From positions 115,692,001-115,756,000 of the forward strand of contig OZ024741.1 in the NCBI GenBank assembly GCA_964016885.1: a stretch of 64,000 nucleotides of DNA, read 5' to 3'. The notes below the pieces were generated by a model, which saw only the letters and a program-made list of their open reading frames with translations, was not told the DNA's origin and searched no databases. Source of the stretch: Eledone cirrhosa. Its lineage: Eukaryota. Shown one piece after another: positions 27,996 to 41,620 of the stretch (positions are counted from its first letter, which is position 1; each line of letters starts with the position of its first letter). The translations under genes and the position numbers were made by a program.

Positions 27996-30900
27996 GGTGG
28001 GGGTTACATTTGTCATAGAATATAGATATAACTCTGATTGAAAGATGTTCTTGAGGTGGTAGTTACATTTGTCATAGAATATAGATATAACTCTGATTGA
28101 AAGATGTTCTTGAGGTGGGGGTTACATTTGTCATAGAATATACATATAATTCTGACTGAAAAATGTTCTTGAGGTGGGGGTTACATTTGTCATAGAATAT
28201 AGATATAACTCTGATAGAAAGATGTTCTTGGGGTAGGGGTTACATTTGTCATAGAATATACATATAATTCTGACTGAAAGATGTTCTTGAGGTGGGGATT
28301 ACATTTGTCATAGAATATAGATATAACTCTGAGTGAAAGATGTTCTTGAGGTGGGGGTTACATTTGTCATAGAATATAGATACAACTCTGATAGAAACAT
28401 GTTCTTGGGGTAGGGGTTACATTTGTCATAGAATATACATATAATTCTGACTGAAAGATGTTCTTGAGGTGGTGGTTACATTTGTCATAGAACATAGATA
28501 TAACTCTGACTGAAAGATGTTCTTGAGGTGGGGGTTACATTTGTCATAGAATATAGATATAACTCTGATAGAAAGATGTTCTTGGGGTATGGGTTACATT
28601 TGTCATACAATATAGATATAACTCTGATAGAAAGTTGTTCTTGGGGTAGGGGTTACATTTGTCATAGAATATACATATAATTCTGACTGAAAGATGTTCT
28701 TGAGGTGGGGGTTACATTTGTCATAGAACATAGATATAACTCTGAGTGAAAGATGTTCTTGAGGTGGGGGTTACATTTGTCATAGAATATAGATATAACT
28801 CTAATAGAAAGTTGTTCTTGGGGTAGGGGTTACATTTGTCATAGAATATACATATAATTCTGACTGAAAGATGTTCTTGAGGTGGGGGTTACATTTGTCA
28901 TAGAATATAGATATAACTCTGACTGAAAGATATTATTGAGGTAGGAGTTACAATTGTCATAGAATATAGATATAACTCTGATCGAAAGATTTACTTGAGG
29001 TGGGGGTTACATTTGTCATAGAATATAGATATAACTCTGATTGAAAGATATACTTGAGGTGAGGGTTACATTTCTCATGGAATATAGATATATCTCTGAT
29101 TGAAAGATGTTCTTGAGTAGGGGTTACATTTGTCATAGAATATAGACATAACCCTGATCGAAAGATGTTCTTGATGTGGGGGTTACATTTGTCATAGAAT
29201 ATAGGTATAACTCTTATTGAAATATTATCTTGAGGTAGGGGTAACATTTGTCATAGAATATAGATATAACTCTGAGTGAAAGATGTGCTTGAGGTAGGGG
29301 TTACATTTGTCATAGAATATAGATATAACTCTGATTGAAAGATGTTCTTGAGATGGGGGTTACATTTGTCATAGAATATAGATATATCTCTGAATGAAAT
29401 ATGTACTTGAAGTAGGGGTTACATTTGTCATAGAATATAGATATAACCCTGATTGAAAGATTTTGCTGAGGTGGGGGTTACATTTGTCATAGAATATAGA
29501 TATAACTCTGATTGAAAGATTTTGTTGAGGTGGGGGTTACATTTGTCATAGAATATAGATATAACTCTGATTGAAAGATTTTGTTGAGGTGGGGGTTACA
29601 TTTGTCATAGAATATAGATATAACTCTGATTGAAAGATTTTGTTGAGGTGGGGGTTACATTTGTCATAGAATATAGATATAACTCTGATAGAAAGATGAT
29701 CTTGAGGTAGGGGTTGCATTTGTCATAGAATATAGATATAACTCTGATAGAAAGATGTTCTTGAGGCGGGGGTTACATTTGTCATAGAATATAGAAATAA
29801 CTCTGATTGAAAGATGTTCTTGAGGTGGTGGTTACATTTGTCATAGAATATAGATATAACTCTGATAGAAAGATGTTCTTGAGGTGGGGGTTACATTTGT
29901 CATAGAATATAGATATAACTCTGATTGAAAGATGTTCTTGAGGTGGAGGTTACATTTGTCATAGAATATAGATATAACTCTAATTGAAAGATGTTCTTGA
30001 GTTGGGGGTTACATTTGTCATAGAATATAGATATAACTCTGATTGAAAGATGTTCTTGAGGTGGGGGTTACAATTGTCATAAAATATAGATATAACTCTG
30101 ATTGAAAGATGTTCTTGAGGTGGGCGTTACATTTGTCATAGAATATAGAGATAACCCAGAATGAAAGATGTTCTTGAGGTGGGGGTTACATTTGTCATAG
30201 AATATAGATATAACTCTGATTGAAAGATGTTCTTGAGGTGGTAGTTACATTTGTCATAGAATATAGATATAACTCTGATTGAAAGATGTTCTTGAGGTGG
30301 GGGTTACATTTGTCATAGAATATAGATATAACTCTGATAGAAAGATGTTCTTGGGGTAGGGGTTATATTTGTCGTAGAATATACATATAATTCTGACTGA
30401 AAGATGTTCTTGAGGTGGGGGTTACATTTGTCATAGAATATAGTTATAACTCTGAGTGAAAGATGTTCTTGAGGGGGGGGGGGTTACATTTGTCATAGAA
30501 TATAGATATAACTCTGATAGAAAGATGTTCTTGGGGTAGGGGTTACATTTGTCATAGAATATACATATAATTCTGACTGAAAGATGTTCTTGAGGTGGGG
30601 ATTACATTTGTCATAGAATATAGATATAACTCTGAGTGAAAGATGTTCTTGAGGTGGGGGTTACATTTGTCATAGAATATAGATACAACTCTGATAGAAA
30701 CATGTTCTTGGGGTAGGGGTTACATTTGTCATAGAATATACATATAATTCTGACTGAAAGATGTTCTTGAGGTGGTGGTTACATTTGTCATAGAACATAG
30801 ATATAACTCTGACTGAAAGATGTTCTTGAGGTGGGGGTTACATTTGTCATAGAATATAGAGATAACCCAGAATGAAAGATGTTCTTGAGGTGGGGGTTAC

Positions 30901-33900
30901 ATTTGTCATAGAATATAGATATAACTCTGATTGAAAGATGTTCTTGAGGTGGTAGTTACATTTGTCATAGAATATAGATATAACTCTGATTGAAAGATGT
31001 TCTTGAGGTGGGGGTTACATTTGTCATAGAATATACATATAATTCTGACTGAAAAATGTTCTTGAGGTGGGGGTTACATTTGTCATAGAATATAGATATA
31101 ACTCTGATAGAAAGATGTTCTTGGGGTAGGGGTTATATTTGTCGTAGAATATACATATAATTCTGACTGAAAGATGTTCTTGAGGTGGGGGTTACATTTG
31201 TCATAGAATATAGTTATAACTCTGATAGAAAGATGTTCTTGGGGTAGGGGTTACATTTGTCATAGAATATACATATAATTCTGACTGAAAGATGTTCTTG
31301 AGGTGGGGATTACATTTGTCATAGAATATAGATATAACTCTGAGTGAAAGATGTTCTTGAGGTGGGGGTTACATTTGTCATAGAATATAGATACAACTCT
31401 GATAGAAACATGTTCTTGGGGTAGGGGTTACATTTGTCATAGAATATACATATAATTCTGACTGAAAGATGTTCTTGAGGTGGTGGTTACATTTGTCATA
31501 GAACATAGATATAACTCTGACTGAAAGATGTTCTTGAGGTGGGGGTTACATTTGTCATAGAATATAGATATAACTCTGATAGAAAGATGTTCTTGGGGTA
31601 TGGGTTACATTTGTCATAGAATATAGATATAACTCTGATAGAAAGTTGTTCTTGGGGTAGGGGTTACATTTGTCATAGAATATACATATAATTCTGACTG
31701 AAAGATGTTCTTGAGGTGGGGGTTACATTTGTCATAGAACATAGATATAACTCTGAGTGAAAGATGTTCTTGAGGTGGGGGTTACATTTGTCATAGAATA
31801 TAGATATAACTCTAATAGAAAGTTGTTCTTGGGGTAGGGGTTACATTTGTCATAGAATATACATATAATTCTGACTGAAAGATGTTCTTGAGGTGGGGGT
31901 TACATTTGTCATAGAATATAGATATAACTCTGACTGAAAGATATTATTGAGGTAGGGGTTACAATTGTCATAGAATATAGATATAACTCTGATCGAAAGA
32001 TTTACTTGAGGTGGGGGTTACATTTGTCATAGAATATAGATATAACTCTGATTGAAAGATATACTTGAGGTGAGGGTTACATTTCTCATGGAATATAGAT
32101 ATATCTCTGATTGAAAGATGTTCTTGAGTAGGGGTTACATTTGTCATAGAATATAGACATAACCCTGATCGAAAGATGTTCTTGATGTGGGGGTTACATT
32201 TGTCATAGAATATAGGTATAACTCTTATTGAAATATTATCTTGAGGTAGGGGTAACATTTGTCATAGAATATAGATATAACTCTGAGTGAAAGATGTGCT
32301 TGAGGTAGGGGTTACATTTGTCATAGAATATAGATATAACTCTGATTGAAAGATGTTCTTGAGATGGGGGTTACATTTGTCATAGAATATAGATATATCT
32401 CTGAATGAAATATGTACTTGAAGTAGGGGTTACATTTGTCATAGAATATAGATATAACCCTGATTGAAAGATTTTGCTGAGGTGGGGGTTACATTTGTCA
32501 TAGAATATAGATATAACTCTGATTGAAAGATTTTGTTGAGGTGGGGGTTACATTTGTCATAGAATATAGATATAACTCTGATAGAAAGATGATCTTGAGG
32601 TAGGGGTTACATTTGTTATAGAATATAGATATAACTCTGATTGAAAGATGTTCTTGACGTGGGGGTTACATTTGTCATAGAATATAGATGTAACTCTGAT
32701 TGAAAGATGTTCTTGGGGTGGGGGTTACATTTGTCATAGAATATAGATATAACTCTGATTGAAAGATGTTCTTGAGGTGGGGGTTACATTTGTCATAGAA
32801 TATATATATAACTCTGATAGAAAGATGTTCTTGAGGTGGGGGTAACATTTGTCATAGAATATAGATATTACCCTGATTGAAAGATGTTCTGGAGGTGGGG
32901 TTACATTTGTCATAGAATATAGATATAACTCAGACTAAAAGATTATCTTGAGGTAGGGGTTACATTTGTCATAGAATATAGATATAACTCTGATAGAAAG
33001 ATGTTCTTGAGGTGGGGGTTACATTTGTCATAGAATATAGTTATAACTCTGAGTGAAAGATGTTCTTGAGGGGGGGGGGGTTACATTTGTCATAGAATAT
33101 AGATATAACTCTGATAGAAAGATGTTCTTGGGGTAGGGGTTACATTTGTCATAGAATATACATATAATTCTGACTGAAAGATGTTCTTGAGGTGGGGATT
33201 ACATTTGTCATAGAATATAGATATAACTCTGAGTGAAAGATGTTCTTGAGGTGGGGGTTACATTTGTCATAGAATATAGATACAACTCTGATAGAAACAT
33301 GTTCTTGGGGTAGGGGTTACATTTGTCATAGAATATACATATAATTCTGACTGAAAGATGTTCTTGAGGTGGTGGTTACATTTGTCATAGAACATAGATA
33401 TAACTCTGACTGAAAGATGTTCTTGAGGTGGGGGTTACATTTGTCATAGAATATAGATATAACTCTGATTGAAAGATGTTCTTGAGGTGGTAGTTACATT
33501 TGTCATAGAATATAGATATAACTCTGATTGAAAGATGTTCTTGAGGTGGGGGTTACATTTGTCATAGAATATACATATAATTCTGACTGAAAAATGTTCT
33601 TGAGGTGGGGGTTACATTTGTCATAGAATATAGATATAACTCTGATAGAAAGATGTTCTTGGGGTAGGGGTTATATTTGTCGTAGAATATACATATAATT
33701 CTGACTGAAAGATGTTCTTGAGGTGGGGGTTACATTTGTCATAGAATATAGTTATAACTCTGATAGAAAGATGTTCTTGGGGTAGGGGTTACATTTGTCA
33801 TAGAATATACATATAATTCTGACTGAAAGATGTTCTTGAGGTGGGGATTACATTTGTCATAGAATATAGATATAACTCTGAGTGAAAGATGTTCTTGAGG

Positions 33901-36900
33901 TGGGGGTTACATTTGTCATAGAATATAGATACAACTCTGATAGAAACATGTTCTTGGGGTAGGGGTTACATTTGTCATAGAATATACATATAATTCTGAC
34001 TGAAAGATGTTCTTGAGGTGGTGGTTACATTTGTCATAGAACATAGATATAACTCTGACTGAAAGATGTTCTTGAGGTGGGGGTTACATTTGTCATAGAA
34101 TATAGATATAACTCTGATAGAAAGATGTTCTTGGGGTATGGGTTACATTTGTCATAGAATATAGATATAACTCTGATAGAAAGTTGTTCTTGGGGTAGGG
34201 GTTACATTTGTCATAGAATATACATATAATTCTGACTGAAAGATGTTCTTGAGGTGGGGGTTACATTTGTCATAGAACATAGATATAACTCTGAGTGAAA
34301 GATGTTCTTGAGGTGGGGGTTACATTTGTCATAGAATATAGATATAACTCTAATAGAAAGTTGTTCTTGGGGTAGGGGTTACATTTGTCATAGAATATAC
34401 ATATAATTCTGACTGAAAGATGTTCTTGAGGTGGGGGTTACATTTGTCATAGAATATAGATATAACTCTGACTGAAAGATATTATTGAGGTAGGGGTTAC
34501 AATTGTCATAGAATATAGATATAACTCTGATCGAAAGATTTACTTGAGGTGGGGGTTACATTTGTCATAGAATATAGATATAACTCTGATTGAAAGATAT
34601 ACTTGAGGTGAGGGTTACATTTCTCATGGAATATAGATATATCTCTGATTGAAAGATGTTCTTGAGTAGGGGTTACATTTGTCATAGAATATAGACATAA
34701 CCCTGATCGAAAGATGTTCTTGATGTGGGGGTTACATTTGTCATAGAATATAGGTATAACTCTTATTGAAATATTATCTTGAGGTAGGGGTAACATTCGT
34801 CATAGAATATAGATATAACTCTGAGTGAAAGATGTGCTTGAGGTAGGGGTTACATTTGTCATAGAATATAGATATAACTCTGATTGAAAGATGTTCTTGA
34901 GATGGGGGTTACATTTGTCATAGAATATAGATATATCTCTGAATGAAATATGTACTTGAAGTAGGGGTTACATTTGTCATAGAATATAGATATAACCCTG
35001 ATTGAAAGATTTTGCTGAGGTGGGGGTTACATTTGTCATAGAATATAGATATAACTCTGATTGAAAGATTTTGTTGAGGTGGGGGTTACATTTGTCATAG
35101 AATATAGATATAACTCTGATTGAAAGATTTTGTTGAGGTGGGGGTTACATTTGTCATAGAATATAGATATAACTCTGATTGAAAGATTTTGTTGAGGTGG
35201 GGGTTACATTTGTCATAGAATATAGATATAACTCTGATAGAAAGATGATCTTGAGGTAGGGGTTACATTTGTTATAGAATATAGATATAACTCTGATTGA
35301 AAGATGTTCTTGACGTGGGGGTTACATTTGTCATAGAATATAGATGTAACTCTGATTGAAAGATGTTCTTGGGGTGGGGGTTACATTTGTCATAGAATAT
35401 AGATATAACTCTGATTGAAAGATGTTCTTGAGGTGGGGGTTACATTTGTCATAGAATATATATATAACTCTGATAGAAAGATGTTCTTGAGGTGGGGGTA
35501 ACATTTGTCATAGAATATAGATATTACCCTGATTGAAAGATGTTCTGGAGGTGGGGTTACATTTGTCATAGAATATAGATATAACTCAGACTAAAAGATT
35601 ATCTTGAGGTAGGGGTTACATTTGTTATAGAATATAGATATAACCCTGATTGAAAGATGTTCTTGAGGTGGGGGTTACATTTGTCATAGAATATAGATAT
35701 AACTCTGATAGAAAGATGTTCTTGAGGTGGGGGTTACATTTGTCATAGAATATAGAAATAACTCTGATTGAAAGATGTTCTTGAGGTGGTGGTTACATTT
35801 GTCATAGAATATAGATATAACTCTGATAGAAAGATGTTCTTGAGGTGGGGGTTACATTTGTCATAGAATATAGATATAACTCTGATTGAAAGATGTTCTT
35901 GAGGTGGAGGTTACATTTGTCATAGAATATAGATATAACTCTAATTGAAAGATGTTCTTGAGTTGGGGGTTACATTTGTCATAGAATATAGATATAACTC
36001 TGATTGAAAGATGTTCTTGAGGTGGGGGTTACAATTGTCATAGAATATAGATATAACTCTGATTGAAAGATGTTCTTGAGGTGGGCGTTACATTTGTCAT
36101 AGAATATAGAGATAACCCAGAATGAAAGATGTTCTTGAGGTGGGGGTTACATTTGTCATAGAATATAGATATAACTCTGATTGAAAGATGTTCTTGAGGT
36201 GGTAGTTACATTTGTCATAGAATATAGATATAACTCTGATTGAAAGATGTTCTTGGGGTAGGGGTTATATTTGTCGTAGAATATACATATAATTCTGACT
36301 GAAAGATGTTGTTGAGGTGGGGGTTACATTTGTCATAGAATATAGTTATAACTATGAGTGAAAGATGTTCTTGAGGTGGGGGTTACATTTGTCATAGAAT
36401 ATAGATATAACTCTGATAGAAAGATGTTCTTGGGGTAGGGGTTACATTTGTCATAGAATATACATATAATTCTGACTGAAAGATGTTCTTGAGGTGGGGA
36501 TTACATTTGTCATAGAATATAGATATAACTCTGAGTGAAAGATGTTCTTGAGGTGGGGGTTACATTTGTCATAGAATATAGATATAACTCTGATAGAAAG
36601 ATGTTCTTGGGGTAGGGGTTACATTTGTCATAGAATATAGATATAACTCTGATAGAAAGTTGTTCTTGGGGTAGGGGTTACATTTGTCATAGAATATACA
36701 TATAATTCTGACTGAAAGATGTTCTTGAGGTGGGGGTTACATTTGTCATAGAACATAGATATAACTCTGACTGAAAGATGTTCTTGAGGTGGGGGTTCAA
36801 TTTGTCATAGAATATAGATATAACTCTAATAGAAAGTTGTTCTTGGGGTAGGGGTTACATTTGTCATAGAATATACATATAATTCTGACTGAAAGATGTT

Positions 36901-36909
36901 CTTGAGGTG

Positions 36910-39290
36910 GGGGTTACATTTGTCATAGAATATAGATATAACTCTGACTGAAAGATATTATTGAGGTAGGGGTTACAATTGTCATAGAATATAGATATAA
37001 CTCTGATCGAAAGATTTACTTGAGGTGGGGGTTACATTTGTCATAGAATATAGATATAACTCTGATTGAAAGATATACTTGAGGTGAGGGTTACATTTCT
37101 CATGGAATATAGATATATCTCTGATTGAAAGATGTTCTTGGGGTAGGGGTTACATTTGTCATAGAATATACATATAATTCTGACTGAAAGATGTTCTTGA
37201 GGTGGGGGTTACATTTGTCATAGAATATAGATATAACTCTGACTGAAAGATATTATTGAGGTAGGGGTTACAATTGTCATAGAATATAGATATAACTCTG
37301 ATCGAAAGATTTACTTGAGGTGGGGGTTACATTTGTCATAGAATATAGATATAACTCTGATTGAAAGATATACTTGAGGTGAGGGCTACATTTCTCATGG
37401 AATATAGATATATCTCTGATTGAAAGATGTTCTTGAGTAGGGGTTACATTTGTCATAGAATATAGACATAACCCTGATCGAAAGATGTTCTTGATGTGGG
37501 GGTTACATTTGTCATAGAATATAGGTATAACTCTTATTGAAATATTATCTTGAGGTAGGGGTAACATTTGTCATAGAATATAGATATAACTCTGAGTGAA
37601 AGATGTGCTTGAGGTAGGGGTTACATTTGTTATAGAATATAGATATAACTCTGATTGAAAGATGTTCTTGAGATGGGGGTTACATTTGTCATAGAATATA
37701 GATATATCTCTGAATGAAATATGTACTTGAAGTAGGGGTTACATTTGTCATAGAATATCGATATAACCCTGATTGAAAGATTTTGTTGAGGTGGGGGTTA
37801 CATTTGTCATAGAATATAGATATAACTCTGATTGAAAGATTTTGTTGAGGTGGGGGTTACATTTGTCATAGAATATAGATATAACTCTGATTGAAAGATT
37901 TTGTTGAGGTGGGGGTTACATTTGTCATAGAATATAGATATAACTCTGATTGAAAGATTTTGTTGAGGTGGGGGTTACATTTGTCATAGAATATAGATAT
38001 AACTCTGATAGAAAGATGATCTTGAGGTAGGGGTTACATTTGTTATAGAATATAGATATAACTCTGATTGAAAGATGTTCTTGACGTGGGGGTTACATTT
38101 GTCATAGAATATAGATATAACTCTGACTGAAAGATATTATTGAGGTAGGGGTTACAATTGTCATAGAATATAGATATAACTCTGATCGAAAGATTTACTT
38201 GAGGTGGGGGTTACATTTGTCATAGAATATAGATATAACTCTGATTGAAAGATATACTTGAGGTGAGGGTTACATTTCTCATGGAATATAGATATATCTC
38301 TGATTGAAAGATGTTCTTGGGGTAGGGGTTACATTTGTCATAGAATATACATATAATTCTGACTGAAAGATGTTCTTGAGGTGGGGGTTACATTTGTCAT
38401 AGAATATAGATATAACTCTGACTGAAAGATATTATTGAGGTAGGGGTTACAATTGTCATAGAATATAGATATAACTCTGATCGAAAGATTTACTTGAGGT
38501 GGGGGTTACATTTGTCATAGAATATAGATATAACTCTGATTGAAAGATATACTTGAGGTGAGGGCTACATTTCTCATGGAATATAGATATATCTCTGATT
38601 GAAAGATGTTCTTGAGTAGGGGTTACATTTGTCATAGAATATAGACATAACCCTGATCGAAAGATGTTCTTGATGTGGGGGTTACATTTGTCATAGAATA
38701 TAGGTATAACTCTTATTGAAATATTATCTTGAGGTAGGGGTAACATTTGTCATAGAATATAGATATAACTCTGAGTGAAAGATGTGCTTGAGGTAGGGGT
38801 TACATTTGTCATAGAATATAGATATAACTCTGATTGAAAGATGTTCTTGAGATGGGGGTTACATTTGTCATAGAATATAGATATATCTCTGAATGAAATA
38901 TGTACTTGAAGTAGGGGTTACATTTGTCATAGAATATAGATATAACCCTGATTGAAAGATTTTGTTGAGGTGGGGGTTACATTTGTCATAGAATATAGAT
39001 ATAACTCTGATTGAAAGATTTTGTTGAGGTGGGGGTTACATTTGTCATAGAATATAGATATAACTCTGATTGAAAGATTTTGTTGAGGTGGGGGTTACAT
39101 TTGTCATAGAATATAGATATAACTCTGATTGAAAGATTTTGTTGAGGTGGGGGTTACATTTGTCATAGAATATAGATATAACTCTGATAGAAAGATGATC
39201 TTGAGGTAGGGGTTACATTTGTTATAGAATATAGATATAACTCTGATTGAAAGATGTTCTTGACGTGGGGGTTACATTTGTCATAGAATA
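36910..39290. repeat. Tandem duplication, period 1,179 bp (20 monomers minus 1 bp), each copy containing a nested 295-bp (5-monomer) duplication
   Basis: The variant AGGGCTACA occurs at 37382 and 38561, with ORFs at 37277 and 38456. The TATTATTGAGG monomer occurs at 36956/37251 and 38135/38430 (offset 295). Confidence 0.9.
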
Positions 39291-39829
39291 TAGATGTAAC
39301 TCTGATTGAAAGATGTTCTTGGGGTGGGGGTTACATTTGTCATAGAATATAGATATAACTCTGATTGAAAGATGTTCTTGAGGTGGGGGTTACATTTGTC
39401 ATAGAATATATATATAACTCTGATAGAAAGATGTTCTTGAGGTGGGGGTTACATTTGTCATAGAATATAGATATTACCCTGATTGAAAGATGTTCTGGAG
39501 TTGGGGTTACATTTGTCATAGAATATAGATATAACTCAGACTAAAAGATTATCTTGAGGTAGGGGTTACATTTGTTATAGAATATAGATATAACCCTGAT
39601 TGAAAGATGTTCTTGAGGTGGGGGTTACATTTGTCATAGAATATAGATATAACTCTGATAGAAAGATGTTCTTGAGGTGGGGGTTACATTTGTCATAGAA
39701 TATAGAAATAACTCTGATTGAAAGATGTTCTTGAGGTGGTGGTTACATTTGTCATAGAATATAGATATAACTCTGATAGAAAGATGTTCTTGAGGTGGGG
39801 GTTACATTTGTCATAGAATATAGATATAA

Positions 39830-41620
39830 CTCTGATTGAAAGATGTTCTTGAGGTGGGGGTTACAATTGTCATAGAATATAGATATAACTCTGATTGAAA
39901 GATGTTCTTGAGGTGGGCGTTACATTTGTCATAGAATATAGAGATAACCCAGAATGAAAGATGTTCTTGAGGTGGGGGTTACATTTGTCATAGAATATAG
40001 ATATAACTCTGATTGAAAGATGTTCTTGAGGTGGTAGTTACATTTGTCATAGAATATAGATATAACTCTGATTGAAAGATGTTCTTGAGGTGGGGGTTAC
40101 ATTTGTCATAGAATATACATATAATTCTGACTGAAAAATGTTCTTGAGGTGGGGGTTACATTTGTCATAGAATATAGATATAACTCTGATAGAAAGATGT
40201 TCTTGGGGTAGGGGTTATATTTGTCGTAGAATATACATATAATTCTGACTGAAAGATGTTCTTGAGGTGGGGGTTACATTTGTCATAGAATATAGTTATA
40301 ACTCTGAGTGAAAGATGTTCTTGAGGTGGCGGTTACATTTGTCATAGAATATAGATATAACTCTGATAGAAAGATGTTCTTGGCGTAGGGGTTACATTTG
40401 TCATAGAATATACATATAATTCTGACTGAAAGATGTTCTTGAGGTGGGGATTACATTTGTCATAGAATATAGATATAACTCTGAGTGAAAGATGTTCTTG
40501 AGGTGGGGGTTACATTTGTCATAGAATATAGATACAACTCTGATAGAAACATGTTCTTGGGGTAGGGGTTACATTTGTCATAGAATATACATATAATTCT
40601 GACTGAAAGATGTTCTTGAGGTGGGGGTTACATTTGTCATAGAACATAGATATAACTCTGACTGAAAGATTTTCTTGAGGTGGGGGTTACATTTGTCATA
40701 GAATATAGATATAACTCTGATAGAAAGATGTTCTTGAGGTGGGGGTTACAATTGTCATAGAATATAGATATAACTCTGATTGAAAGATGTTCTTGAGGTG
40801 GGCGTTACATTTGTCATAGAATATAGAGATAACCCAGAATGAAAGATGTTCTTGAGGTGGGGGTTACATTTGTCATAGAATATAGATATAACTCTGATTG
40901 AAAGATGTTCTTGAGGTGGTAGTTACATTTGTCATAGAATATAGATATAACTCTGATTGAAAGATGTTCTTGAGGTGGGGGTTACATTTGTCATAGAATA
41001 TACATATAATTCTGACTGAAAAATGTTCTTGAGGTGGGGGTTACATTTGTCATAGAATATAGATATAACTCTGATAGAAAGATGTTCTTGGGGTAGGGGT
41101 TATATTTGTCGTAGAATATACATATAATTCTGACTGAAAGATGTTCTTGAGGTGGGGGTTACATTTGTCATAGAATATAGTTATAACTCTGAGTGAAAGA
41201 TGTTCTTGAGGTGGCGGTTACATTTGTCATAGAATATAGATATAACTCTGATAGAAAGATGTTCTTGGCGTAGGGGTTACATTTGTCATAGAATATACAT
41301 ATAATTCTGACTGAAAGATGTTCTTGAGGTGGGGATTACATTTGTCATAGAATATAGATATAACTCTGAGTGAAAGATGTTCTTGAGGTGGGGGTTACAT
41401 TTGTCATGGAATATAGATACAACTCTGATAGAAACATGTTCTTGGGGTAGGGGTTACATTTGTCATAGAATATACATATAATTCTGACTGAAAGATGTTC
41501 TTGAGGTGGGGGTTACATTTGTCATAGAACATAGATATAACTCTGACTGAAAGATTTTCTTGAGGTGGGGGTTACATTTGTCATAGAATATAGATATAAC
41601 TCTGATAGAAAGATGTTCTT
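39830..41620. repeat. Tandem duplication, period 885 bp (15 monomers)
   Basis: The variant GTGGCGGTTA (C at 40330 and 41215), the adjacent TTGGCGTAGG and GATTTTCTTG are repeated at the same offset. Confidence 0.88.
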
